Assembly: GCA_032718475.1 (NCBI GenBank)
Contig: JAUCBJ010009153.1
Coordinates: 62,001-126,000, forward strand
Direction: 5' to 3'
Source: Nemertoderma westbladi
Lineage: Eukaryota > Animalia > Xenacoelomorpha
DNA length: 64,000 nt
In this document: positions 27,871 through 40,000 of the stretch, piece after piece
Layout of the letters: each line of letters opens with the position of its first letter
Numbering within the stretch: the first letter of the stretch is position 1
The notes under the pieces: model-generated
Told to the model about the DNA's origin: nothing
Seen by the model: the letters and a program-made list of their open reading frames with translations, nothing else
Databases searched by the model: none
Position numbers and translations under genes: made by a program

Positions 27871-30800
27871 GAGAGAAAGCCGCCCCAATATTAGATTATT
27901 ACAACAACATATCCATTGGGTAAGAAAGTGGAGGAGAGCCAGCCCGTCTCTTAATTTTTTACTTTATATTACGCGATCAATTTTCACTCATCTCGTCATG
28001 AACCCAACATGTATGTAACCTTTTGTTAAATTTGTTGGCTATGCGTTTGAGGTTGTTTGGGCGGAGTGTGGTAGGCCTACACTTTTCATACTTAAATATT
28101 TTGGTTGTGAAATGTTACAGGGCATAGCGATCTGAGATATTTCATTTATATTTTATTATGAGAGGAAGAAGAACATACAACGTTATTTACTATGTAACAA
28201 AATAATTGTTTTCGGGTTTAACTTGGAAGCCTCCCCAAATAGTTGATATACAATTATATTTAAAATTATTTCCATGGTCATGGTCATTCACCCGTCTTTA
28301 GTTAGAAATTTGTTTGCATGAAAGACAGTTTAGTTTAGTTTTTACTGATTTATTATCTCTTATCTGACTGGGGTAATAATAAAGGATAGGATAAATGGAA
28401 GCAAAGTGTGACAGTAACAAATATTTCCCCGTCACCCTAGCATGTCTTAAGTATATGATATATCAAAGGGGGAAGTTTGGATTCACTGCATAAATGCAGT
28501 TCACCAAACTTCCCCCGAATGCACACTGTAACTTCCCCCTTCCCACAAATATCCACTGTTGAATTAATTTGAAGCGATATAATAAGTACAAAATTGTGCG
28601 AGTTTTTAATTGTGTGGTCCAATTGTTATTTGATTTCTATTTATTATTTAAAGTGCATTTAATATCACACTGGTTTTTAGAATATTATACTATACAACCT
28701 TATGTTTTATTAATTTACCCAATCGAAGCCTCATAAGGGCCGGTTATTTGTACGCATATCCCCTAATGCGCTCAGTAAGGTTCAAACAACATATTAATAT
28801 GAAAATAAAGTATCTGCAAAGAAAATAACCCAATACTATATAATTTGACCTTATTAAAAAATTTGCACTTTTGAACACTTATTTGTACAAGTGCACTTTA
28901 GCAGATCGTAATGGTGGCTCTTATTTAACAAACTTATGTTTATCCTTTGCCGATCTACGATAGTGTATGATCAAGTGTCAGTCGCTAAAAGTGTCAAAAA
29001 TCCAATTTAATAAATCTGGATTTGCGATTTTGGACCATATTCATGGACATTTTAAGTCACTTTATAGACATAAAAAGTTAAACAAATGTTACGATTATAG
29101 TTAGAAATCATTCCAAACTACATTTTAATCCAAAAAATAACATTCTACGATGAATAGAACTGGAAATAATAGTGTTTGAAATATCGAAAAAATGTTCACT
29201 ATTTAAGTGCATTTTGCACTAAGTGCACATGCGTCTTTTCCCAAGTTGTATCCTATTTCACACACTACAATCTATTCTCTATCCAATGAAAAAAGTTTCA
29301 GATTAAACGGCCCTCTAGAACCGAAGTTATTTATGTTTAAAAATAGTCACTCGAAAATTTCAAATTCTATTGGTCACATAGTCTAGTGGTTATCAATCAC
29401 GTTAATGAAACCTAAGTTCGTGGGTTCGAAACCCAATATTGACCTGACCATTCTTAATTTTTTTGCAAAAAAAATTATTTTTACTTTGTCACTAAAATCG
29501 CTCTAACTTCGGTTCTGGTGGTCCAAATTCAATAAAATTGGTATATTCTTTGCCGTAATTTTTTTCTTAATCTTTTGAGAAGGGGTTATTTTTGGCCCCA
29601 AAAAAATTAAAAAAAAGGGCCAAAATAACGCGATATTTTTCGACCCTTAAAATTCGTAATTTTAATTATATATGTTAAGATAAAAGATAGCGGAGTTAAT
29701 TTGATACTTTTTACAGGTACTTTTGGCGAAATACGCTAAATTATAATGGAATAGCGATTTGTTAAAAAAAAAAATTTTTCGTCCCTTTTTATAAATATTA
29801 TATTTCACACGATCGCCTGCCGCTCCAGTTTTATAATACCTCCAGCGCTGTGATTAACGCTGTTAGATAGATAATTTAACGCACTATAAGTCTGTGTAAA
29901 CAAATCTCCCGTAAGTTAAGTAGTTTTCGAGCTAGACGATTTCCCGCGAAGCAAGTTTGAAGCGCAAAATTATAATTTTGGCCCTCATTTTTTTAATATC
30001 ATCCTTGGAGCAAAACCGATAGCATATTTGAATTCCCCGTATGGATATTGACTGTATAGAATGTACCTTAACCAACTAAAGTTAAAAATAAAAAATTATT
30101 CGATAAAAACTACTTTACAAATTCTGGCCCTTTTTGGCCCCTATTGCCGACATATTTTTTGTACCCCCATTCGATAGGAACGTAGCCCCAATGGTCTTCT
30201 ACGAGTTTCATAAAAGAATTAGTGGATTCCTACCCGCGTTGTCGAATTAAACATTTCAGAAATAAGTTTTCCAAAAAAGACGGACAAAAACGTACAAATT
30301 TACAGCCCCTTTTTCCACCCGAAATTTTAATAAATATCTTACCCCCATTCGATACGAAGGTAGTACCACTCTTCCCCTTTCCAACCGCGTTACTTTCGTC
30401 CCCGTACGATTAATATTAGCCGAGTTATAGCCGATCCCGCAAAGTCATTTTGTCCGTTTTTTCAACTTTGACGGACATTTTCGGAAAAAAGGCGTGGTAA
30501 TCTTTTTTGAAAAAAAAAACGAATTCACTAATTAATCCCTTCTATCGTATCCCGGCGTCGGCTAAGCAATAACCTAGGGTTTTTTCGAGCCACTGTAGAG
30601 CGCCTTTCAAAAAAATTTTAAAATTGTCGAAAAAATGACGGTTTTTTGTCCGCCGTGTCCGTCGAAGGGTTATATTTCATAATGTTAGAGTTGCTAATAT
30701 CTTAGAATTCCGAGCCGCTCCCCTGGTGAGAAAATAAAAAAATTTGGTCAGTTCCTTCATCGAAAAGTCCCCCAGAATCCCAAGTTAACCTATATAGTTA

Positions 30801-30895
30801 GCGAGGGCCTGCGGCTTTAGGAGCGGCCGCGGTATTCACCTCCCTCATAGCGGCCGCGGCGGTGTTGCGTCAAATGGAGAAATATTTATCCCACC
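27871..30895. mobile_element. Unit A of composite insertion (3,025 bp)
   Basis: Ends in a GC hairpin plus ATATTTATCCCACC|AAG; ~28455-30490 aligns with ~31480-33480 of unit B. Confidence 0.75.
29372..29444 (+). pseudogene. tRNA-derived relic (Pol III A/B boxes) in unit A
   Basis: 73 bp; GGTCA...TGACC acceptor-like ends, A-box TAGTCTAGTGG, T-arm TGGG-TTCGAAA-CCCA; D and anticodon stems do not pair. Confidence 0.65.
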
Positions 30896-33875
30896 AAGGC
30901 GGACCCCTCAATAAAGATATACTTAACGAAAGACCACGAGGTAAAGGGAAAAGCGTGCAGGGAGGGGGAAGGATGGGGGTATGGGTCGAATGAAATGACA
31001 AGAGGGGAGACCAACTGGACTCGTTAATTTTATATTACTCGAAATTTTATGTAATATATTTTCGCTCCCAGTGTACACTTGTTCTATATACCGGTAACCC
31101 CTTAATATTAATATATACTACTCAGTCGTTTGTACATAATACGAAGCCTGTAAGTTATAGTCACCGAAACATTTCAGCTCGGAAATAATAATATATGAAT
31201 CAAGGATGTCTCTCTTATGATCTACATAGAATAGATATGGTTATTGATACTGTTACATTGTGATAATGGATTCTAGGTTTCTTTCACTGGTAAATCCGCA
31301 TAATAGTTGAAGTAATAAAATTTAATTACACAACCATAGTTCGAAGATCAGCATTTTTCATACCAGTCATTGCTTAGAAATTTTACAGGATAATATTGTT
31401 AATCTGACTTAAGTTGTTTAGGTTGAACAAAGTCTACATAGTAAACAACAGGTCCTCCAAAGAGTGTGTCTTTGGTATATTATATCATGAAGGGGGAAGT
31501 TAGATTCACTGCATAAATGCAGTTCATCTAACTTCCCCCAAATATCTACTGTTGAATAAAATTGAAGCGATATATTAAGTCCGAAGAGGTGCGAGTTTTT
31601 TAATAAATTGTGTGGTCCATTTGTTATCTGTTCTCTATTTATTGTTTAAAGTTCATTTAAGATCACACTGGTTTTTAGAATATTACAACCTTATTTATTA
31701 TTAATTTAACCAATCGAACCCTTATAAGGATCGGTTATTCGTACACATACTCCTAATGCGCTCAGTAAGATCCAAACAACATATTAATATGAAAATAAAT
31801 TATCTGCAACGAAAAGAACCCAATAATACACCATTTGACCTTATTAAAAAAATTGCACATTTGCACACATATTTGCACAAGTGCTATTTAACGGATCCTA
31901 AATGTGGTTCCTATTTAACACACTTATGTCTATCCTCTACCGATCTGCGATGGTGCATGATCAAGTCTCAGTCACTAAAAGTGTCAAAAATCCAATTTAA
32001 TAAATCGCGACATTTGCGATTTTGGACCATATTCATGGACATTTTAAGTCACTTTATAGACATAAAAAGATAAACAAATGTTAAGATTATAGTTAGAAAT
32101 CACTCCAAACTACATTTTAACCCAAAAAATAACATTCTAGGATGTATAGAACTTGAAATAATAGTGTTTGAATTATCGAAAAAATGTGCACTATTTAAGT
32201 GCATTTTGCACTAAGTGCACATGCGTCTTTTCCCAAGTTGTATCCTATTTCACACACTACAATCTATCCTCTATCCAATGAAAAAAGTTTCAGATCAAAC
32301 GGCCCAGTAGAACCGAAGTTATTGATGTTTAAAAATAGTCACTCGAAAATTTCAAAATCACTTGGTCACATAGTCTAGTGGTTATCAATCACGTTAATGA
32401 AACCTAAGTTCGTGGGTACGAAATCCAATATTGGCCATTCTTAATTTTTTGTAAAAAAAATTTTTTTTATTTTTTCACTAAAATCGCTCTAACTTCGGTT
32501 CTGATGGTCCAAATTCAATAAAATTTGTATATTCTTTGCCGTAATTTTTTTTTCTATCTTTTGAGAGGGGGTCATTTTTGGCCCCAAAAAAAATTGAAAA
32601 AAAGGGCCAAAATTACGCGATATTTTTCGGCCCTTAAAATTCATAATTTTAATTATAAATGTTAAGAAAAAAGATAGCGGAGGTAATTATCTACATTTTA
32701 AATGTACTTTTGGAGCAATACACTAAATTATAATGGAGTAGCGATTTATTAAAAATAAAATTTTTTTTGCCCCTTTTTATAAATATTTTATTTCACACGA
32801 TCGTCTACCGCACCAGTTGTATAATAGCTACGGCGTTGTAACTAACGCTGAAAGATAGATAATTTAACGCTCTATAAGAATGTTTAAATACGTTTCCCCG
32901 ACGTTGAGTAGTTTTCGAGCTACACGTGTTCCCGCGCAGCCAGTTTGAAACGCGAAATTTTAATATTGGCCCTCATTTTTTTTATATCATTTGCGCAGCA
33001 AAACCAATCGAATATTTGGATTGCCCGTATTAATATTAACCTTATAAAATGCACCTTAACCTTCTAGAGTCAAAAATTTAAAAGTTATTAGTTATAAATC
33101 ATTTATCAGTTTCTGGCCCTTTTTGGACCCTTTTGCCGACATATTTTTTGTACCCCCATTCGATAGGAATGTAGCCCCTGTGGTCTGTTACACCTTCCGA
33201 AAAGAATTGGCAGATTCCTACTAGCGTTTTCGAATTAAAAATTTCGGAAATATTAATTATATATAAAAGACGGACAAAAACGGAAAAGTTACGGCCCCTT
33301 TTTCCACCCGCAATATTAATAAATATCTTACCCCCATTCGATAAGAATGTAGTACCACTCTTTCCCTATCCACCCGCGTTACTTTCGTCTCCGTACGATT
33401 AATATTGTCCGAGTTATAGCGCATTCCGCAAAGTCATTTTGTCCGTTTTCTCGATTTTGACGGACATTAGCTGGAAAACGATCGGCTTAATTTTTAAAAC
33501 AAAAATATGTGAAATCTAATTTTTAAACCCTCTTTCGATTCCGGGCGACGTCTTGTCCGTAGAGGCGAGATTTAATTTTTTTTACATAGACCCTAATGGT
33601 GAAAAAGACAAAAAAACCAGACAATTGTCCGTCATGTCCGTCAAAACGATAGATTCGCTAAAAGCTCTGAAGAATCTTATTTTTTTGGCATTACGCGTCC
33701 CCCTTCGAAAAATCGAGAAAATCGTACGGCTGGAAATAGGTCGAATGGGGGGGGAACACCGTTTTCGCAGTAACTACGCGTCCAGTATGTAGACTGCGTC
33801 CTTTAGAGGGGCGGCGAATTCACCTCACTCGACGCCGCCCTTACTGAATGTTTTTAAAAGATATTTCTTCCCACC
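30896..33875. mobile_element. Unit B of composite insertion (2,980 bp)
   Basis: Starts AAGGCGGACCCCTCAATA (cf. unit A GAGAGAAAGCCGCCCCAATA); ends in a GC hairpin plus ATATTTCTTCCCACC|AAG. Confidence 0.75.
32364..32436 (+). pseudogene. tRNA-derived relic in unit B
   Basis: Paralog of 29372-29444; A-box intact, B-box mutated (GGTACGAAATCC). Confidence 0.55.
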
Positions 33876-34033
33876 AAGTAACATAAAGGACCCCCTTGGA
33901 AATAAGCTGCAAAGCTTTAGGGGTAATCCTATATGTTATGTTGGACAATACCTTTATACCGGTACATTGTTTGGTGTATTTGTTATTGTTTTTACATAAT
34001 GTATAAATAAATCTATAAAATAAATCTATCTAT
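33876..34033 (+). mobile_element. LINE copy 3, right part (rest of 3' UTR and tail)
   Basis: AAGTAACATAAAGGACCCCC...ATCTATCTAT, matching 14215-14372. Confidence 0.93.
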
Positions 34034-37000
34034 GGCACTCTACCGGTACTACCTAGTAAAACAAACAAAGTTCGGCACTCTACCGGTACTACCTAGTAAA
34101 ACAAACAAAGTGCGGCACTCTACCAGTACTACCTAGTAAAACAAACAAAGTGCGGCACTCTACCAGTACTACCTAGTAAAACTCAAAGTCCGGCACTCTA
34201 CCAGTACTACCTAGTAAAACAACCAAAGTGCGGCACTCTACCAGTACTACCTAATGAAACAAACAAAGTGCGGCACTCTACCAGTACTACCTAGTAAAAC
34301 AAACAAAGTCCGGCACTCTACCAGTACTACCTAGTAAAACAAACAAAGTGCGGCACTCTACCAGTACTACCTAGTAAAACAAACAAAGTGCGGCACTCTA
34401 CCAGTACTACCTAGTAAAACAAACAAAGTGCGGCACTCTACCGGTACTACCTAGTGAAACAAACAAAGTGCGGCACTCTACCGGTATTACCTAGTGAAAC
34501 AAACAAAGTTCGGCTCTCTACCAGTTCTACCTAGTGAAACAAACAAAGTTCGGCACTCTACCGGTACTACCTAGTAAAACAAACAAATTGCGGCACTCTA
34601 CCAGTACTACCTAGTGAAACAAACAAAGTTCGGCACTCTACCAGTACTACCTAGTGAAACAAACAAAGTTCGGCACTCTACCGGTACTACCTAGTAAAAC
34701 AAACAAAGTGCAGCATTCTACCGGTACTACCTAGTGAAACAAACAAAGTGCGGCACTCTACCAGTACTACCTAGTAAAACAAACAAAGTGCGGCACTCTA
34801 CCAGTACTACCTAGTGAAACAAACAAAGTGCGGCACTCTACCAGTACTACCTAGTAAAACAAACAAAGTGCGGCACTCTACCGGTACTACCTAGTGAAAC
34901 AAACAAAGTGCGGCACTCTACTGGTACTACCTAGTGAAACAAACAAAGTTCGGCACTCTACCAGTACTACCTAGTGAAACAAACAAAGTTCGGCACTCTA
35001 CCGGTACTACCTAGTAAAACAAACAAAGTGCGGCACTCTACCAGTACTACCTAGTGAAACAAACAAAGTGCGGCACTCTACCAGTACTACCTAGTGAAAC
35101 TTAAAGTTCGGCACTCTACCAGTACTACCTAGTGAAACAAACAAAGTGCGGCACTCTACCAGTACTACCTAGTGAAACTCAAAGTTCGGCACTCTACCGG
35201 TACTACCTAGTGAAACAAACAAAGTTCGGCACTCTACCGGTGCTACCTAGTAAAACAAACAAAGTGCGGCACTCTACCAGTACTACCTAGTGAAACAAAC
35301 AAAGTGCGGCACTCTACCAGTACTACCTAGTGAAACTCAAAGTTCGGCACTCTACCGGTACTACCTAGTAAAACAAACAAAGTGCGGCACTCTACCGGTA
35401 CTACCTAGTAAAACAAACAAAGTGCGGCGCTCTACCGGTACTACCTAGTAAAACAAACAAAGTGCGGCACTCTACCGGTACTACCTAGTAAAACTCAAAG
35501 TCCGGCACTCTACCAGTACTACCTAGTAAAACAAACAAAGTGCGGCACTCTACCGATACTACCTAGTAAAACAAACAAAGTGCGGCACTCTACCAGTACT
35601 ACCTAGTAAAACTCAAAGTTCGGCAATCTACCAGTACTACCTAGTAAAACAAACAAAGTTCGGCACTCTACCAGTACTACCTAGTGAAACTCAAAGTTCG
35701 TCCATCTACCAGTACTACCTAGTAAAACAAACAAAGTTCGGCACTCTACCAGTACTACCTAGTGAAACAAACAAAGTTCGGCACTCTACCGGTACTACCT
35801 AGTGAAACTCAAAGTTCGGCACTCTACCAGTACTACCTAGTAAAACAAACAAAGTGCGGCACTCTAACGGTACTACCTAGTAAAACTCAAAGTTCGGCAC
35901 TCTACCGATACTACCTAGTAAAACAAACAAAGTGCGGCACTCTACCAGTACTACCTAGTAAAACAAACAAAGTTCGGCACTCTACCGGTACTACCTAGTG
36001 AAACTCAAAGTTCGGCCATCTACCAGTACTACCTAGTAAAACAAACAAAGTTAGGCACTCTACCGGTACTACCTAGTAAAACAAACAAAGTTCGGCACTC
36101 TACCGGTACTACCTAGTGAAACTCAAAGTTCGGCCATCTACCAGTACTACCTAGTAAAACAAACAAAGTTCGGCACTCTACCAGTACTACCTAGTGAAAC
36201 AAACAAAGTTCGGCACTCTACCAGTACTACCTAGTGAAACTCAAAGTCCGGCACTCTACCAGTACTACCTAGTGAAACAAACAAAGTTCACTACGTAGTG
36301 AAACTCAAAGTCCGGCACTCTACCAGTACTACCTAGTGAAACAAACATAGTTCGGCACTCTACCGGTACTACCTAGTGAAACAAACAAAGTTCGGCACTC
36401 TACCAGTACTACCTAGTTAAACAAACAAAGTGCGGCACTCTACCAGTACTACCTAGTGAAACAAACAAAGTGCGGCACTCTACCAGTACTACCTAGTGAA
36501 ACAAACAAAGTGCGGCACTCTACCAGTACTACCTAGTGAAACAAACAAAGTGCGGCACTCTACCAGTACTACCTAGTGAAACAAACAAAGTGCGGCACTC
36601 TACCAGTACTACCTAGTGAAACAAACAAAGTGCGGCACTCTACCAGTACTACCTAGTGAAACAAACAAAGTTCGGCACTCTACCAGTACTACCAAGTGAA
36701 ACAAACAAAGTTCGGCACTCTACCGGTACTACCTAGTAAAACAAACAAAGTTCGGCACTCTACCGGTACTACCTAGTGAAACTCAAAGTTCGGCCATCTA
36801 CCAGTACTACCTAGTAAAACAAACAAAGTTTGGCACTCTACCAGTACTACCTAGTGAAACAAACAAAGTTCGGCACTCTACCGGTACTACCTAGTGAAAC
36901 TCAAAGTTCGGCCATCTACCAGTACTACCTAGTAAAACAAACAAAGTTCGGCACTCTACCAGTACTACCTAGTGAAACAAACAAAGTTCGGCACTCTATC

Positions 37001-40000
37001 AGTACTACCTAGTGAAACAAACAAAGTGCGGCACTCTACCAGTACTACCTAGTGAAACTCAAAGTTCGGCCATCTACCAGTACTACCTAGTAAAACAAAC
37101 AAAGTTCGGCACTCTACCGGTACTACCTAGTGAAACAAACATAGTTCGGCACTCTACCAGTACGACCTAGTGAAACAAACATAGTTCGGCACTCTACCGG
37201 TACTACCTAGTGAAACAAACAAAGTTCGGCACTCTACCAGTACTACCTAGTGAAACAAACAAAGTGCGGCACTCTACCAGTACTACCAAGTGAAACAAAC
37301 AAAGTGCGGCACTCTACCAGTACTACCTAGTGAAACAAACAAAGTGCGGCACTCTACCAGTACTACCTAGTGAAACAAACAAAGTGCGGCACTCTACCAG
37401 TACTACCTAGTGAAACAAACAAAGTGCGGCACTCTACCAGTACTACCTAGTGAAACAAACAAAGTTCGGCACTCTACCAGTACTACCAAGTGAAACAAAC
37501 AAAGTTCGGCACTCTACCGGTACTACCTAGTAAAACAAACAAAGTTCGGCACTCTACCGGTACTACCTAGTGAAACTCAAAGTTCGGCCATCTACCAGTA
37601 CTACCTAGTAAAACAAACAAAGTTCGGCACTCTACCAGTACTACCTAGTGAAACAAACAAAGTTCGGCACTCTACCGGTACTACCTAGTGAAACTCAAAG
37701 TTCGGCCATCTACCAGTACTACCTAGTAAAACAAACAAAGTTCGGCACTCTACCAGTACTACCTAGTGAAACAAGCAAAGTTCGGCACTCTACCAGTACT
37801 ACCTAGTGAAACAAACAAAGTGCGGCACTCTACCAGTACTACCTAGTGAAACTCAAAGTTCGGCCATCTACCAGTACTACCTAGTAAAACAAACAAAGTT
37901 CGGCACTCTACCGGTACTACCTAGTGAAACAAACAAAGTCCGGCACTCTACCGGTACTACGTAGTGAAACAAACAAAGTTCGGCACTCTACCAGTACTAC
38001 CTAGTGAAACTCAAAGTCCGGCACTCTACCAGTACTACCTAGTGAAACAAACATAGTTCGGCACTCTACCGGTACTACCTAGTGAAACAAACAAAGTTCG
38101 GCCATCTACCAGTACTACCTAGTAAAACAAACAAAGTTCGGCACTCTACCGGTACTACCTAGTGAAACTCAAAGTCCGGCACTCTACCGGTACTACCTAG
38201 TGAAACTCACAGTTCGGCACTCTAGCAGTACTACCTAGTGAAACAAACAAAGTCCGGCACTCTACCGGTACTACCTAGTGAAACTCAAAGTCCGGCACTC
38301 TACCGGTACTACCTAGTGAAACTCAAAGTTTGGCACTCTACCAGTACTACCTAGTGAAACTCAAAGTTCGGCCATCTACCAGTACTACCTAGTAAAACAA
38401 ACAAAGTCCGGCACTCTACCAGTACTACCTAGTGAAACAAACAAAGTTCGGCACTCTACCAGTACTACCTAGTGAAACTCAAAGTTCGGCCATCTACCAG
38501 TACTACCTAGTAAAACAAACAAAGTTTGGCACTCTACCAGTACTACCCAGTGAAACAAACAAAGTTCGGCACTCTGCCAGTACTACCTAGTGAAACTCAA
38601 AGTCCGGCACTCTACCAGTACTACCTAGTGAAACAAACAAAGTTCGGCACTCTACCGGTACTACCTAGTGAAACAAACAAAGTTCGGCACTCTACAAGTA
38701 CTACCCAGTGAAACAAACAAAGTTCGGCACTCTACCAGTACTACCTAGTGAAACTCAAAGTCCGGCACTCTACCAGTACTACCTAGTGAAACAAACAAAG
38801 TTCGGCACTCTACCGGTACTACCTAGTGAAACAAACAAAGTTCGGCACTCTACCGGTACTACCTAGTAAAACAAACAAAGTGCGGCACTCTACCAGTACT
38901 ACCTAGTAAAACAAACAAAGTGCGGCACTCTACCAGTACTACCTAGTAAAACAAACAAAGTGCGGCACTCTACCAGTACTACCTAGTGAAACTCAAAGTT
39001 CGGCCATCTACCTGTACTACCTAGTAAAACAAACAAAGTTCGGCACTCTACCAGTACTACCTAGTGAAACAAACAAAGTTCGGCACTCTACCAGTACTAC
39101 CTAGTGAAACAAACAAAGTTCGGCCATCTACCAGTACTACCTAGTAAAACAAACAAAGTTCGGCACTCTACCAGTACTACCTAGTGAAACAAACAAAGTG
39201 CGGCACTCTACCAGTACTACCTAGTGAAACTCAAAGTCCGGCACTCTACCAGTACTACCTAGTGAAACAAACAAAGTTCGGCACTCTACCGGTACTACCT
39301 AGTGAAACAAACAAAGTCCGGCACTCTACCAGTACTACCTAGTGAAACAAACAAAGTTCGGCACTCTACCGGTACTACCTAGTGAAACAAACAAAGTTCG
39401 GCACTCTACCGGTACTACCTAGTAAAACAAACAAAGTGCGGCACTCTACCAGTACTACCTAGTAAAACAAACAAAGTGCGGCACTCTACCAGTACTACCT
39501 AGTAAAACAAACAAAGTGCGGCACTCTACCAGTACTACCTAGTGAAACTCAAAGTTCGGCCATCTACCTGTACTACCTAGTAAAACAAACAAAGTTCGGC
39601 ACTCTACCAGTACTACCTAGTGAAACAAACAAAGTTCGGCACTCTACCAGTACTACCTAGTGAAACAAACAAAGTTCGGCCATCTACCAGTACTACCTAG
39701 TAAAACAAACAAAGTTCGGCACTCTACCAGTACTACCTAGTGAAACAAACAAAGTGCGGCACTCTACCAGTACTACCTAGTGAAACTCAAAGTCCGGCAC
39801 TCTACCAGTACTACCTAGTGAAACAAACAAAGTTCGGCACTCTACCGGTACTACCTAGTGAAACAAACAAAGTTCGGCACTCTACCAGTACTACCCAGTG
39901 AAACAAACAAAGTTCGGCACTCTACCAGTACTACCTAGTGAAACTCAAAGTCCGGCACTCTACCAGTACTACCTAGTGAAACAAACAAAGTTCGGCACTC

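Larger units (their letters stand above)
27871..33875. mobile_element. 6,005-bp non-coding composite insertion (two head-to-tail ~3-kb units), unclassified TIR-less non-autonomous DNA element
   Basis: Empty site GTAACC|AAGTAAC intact in LINE copies 1 and 2; filled site GTAACC|GAGAG...TTCCCACC|AAGTAAC; boundaries can slide by 3 bp (ACC). Confidence 0.9.

Noticed and set aside
29372-32436. Functional tRNA genes
   Set aside because: D and anticodon stems do not pair; recorded as relics only
28437-33792. Small ORFs in the 6-kb insert (28437, 30222, 31756, 33553)
   Set aside because: Not maintained in the paralogous unit; no motifs
27871-33875. Canonical Helitron, TIR transposon, or the LTR pair of a retroelement
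   Set aside because: No TC...CTRR ends or A|T target, no convincing TIRs, no TG...CA; units abut with no internal region
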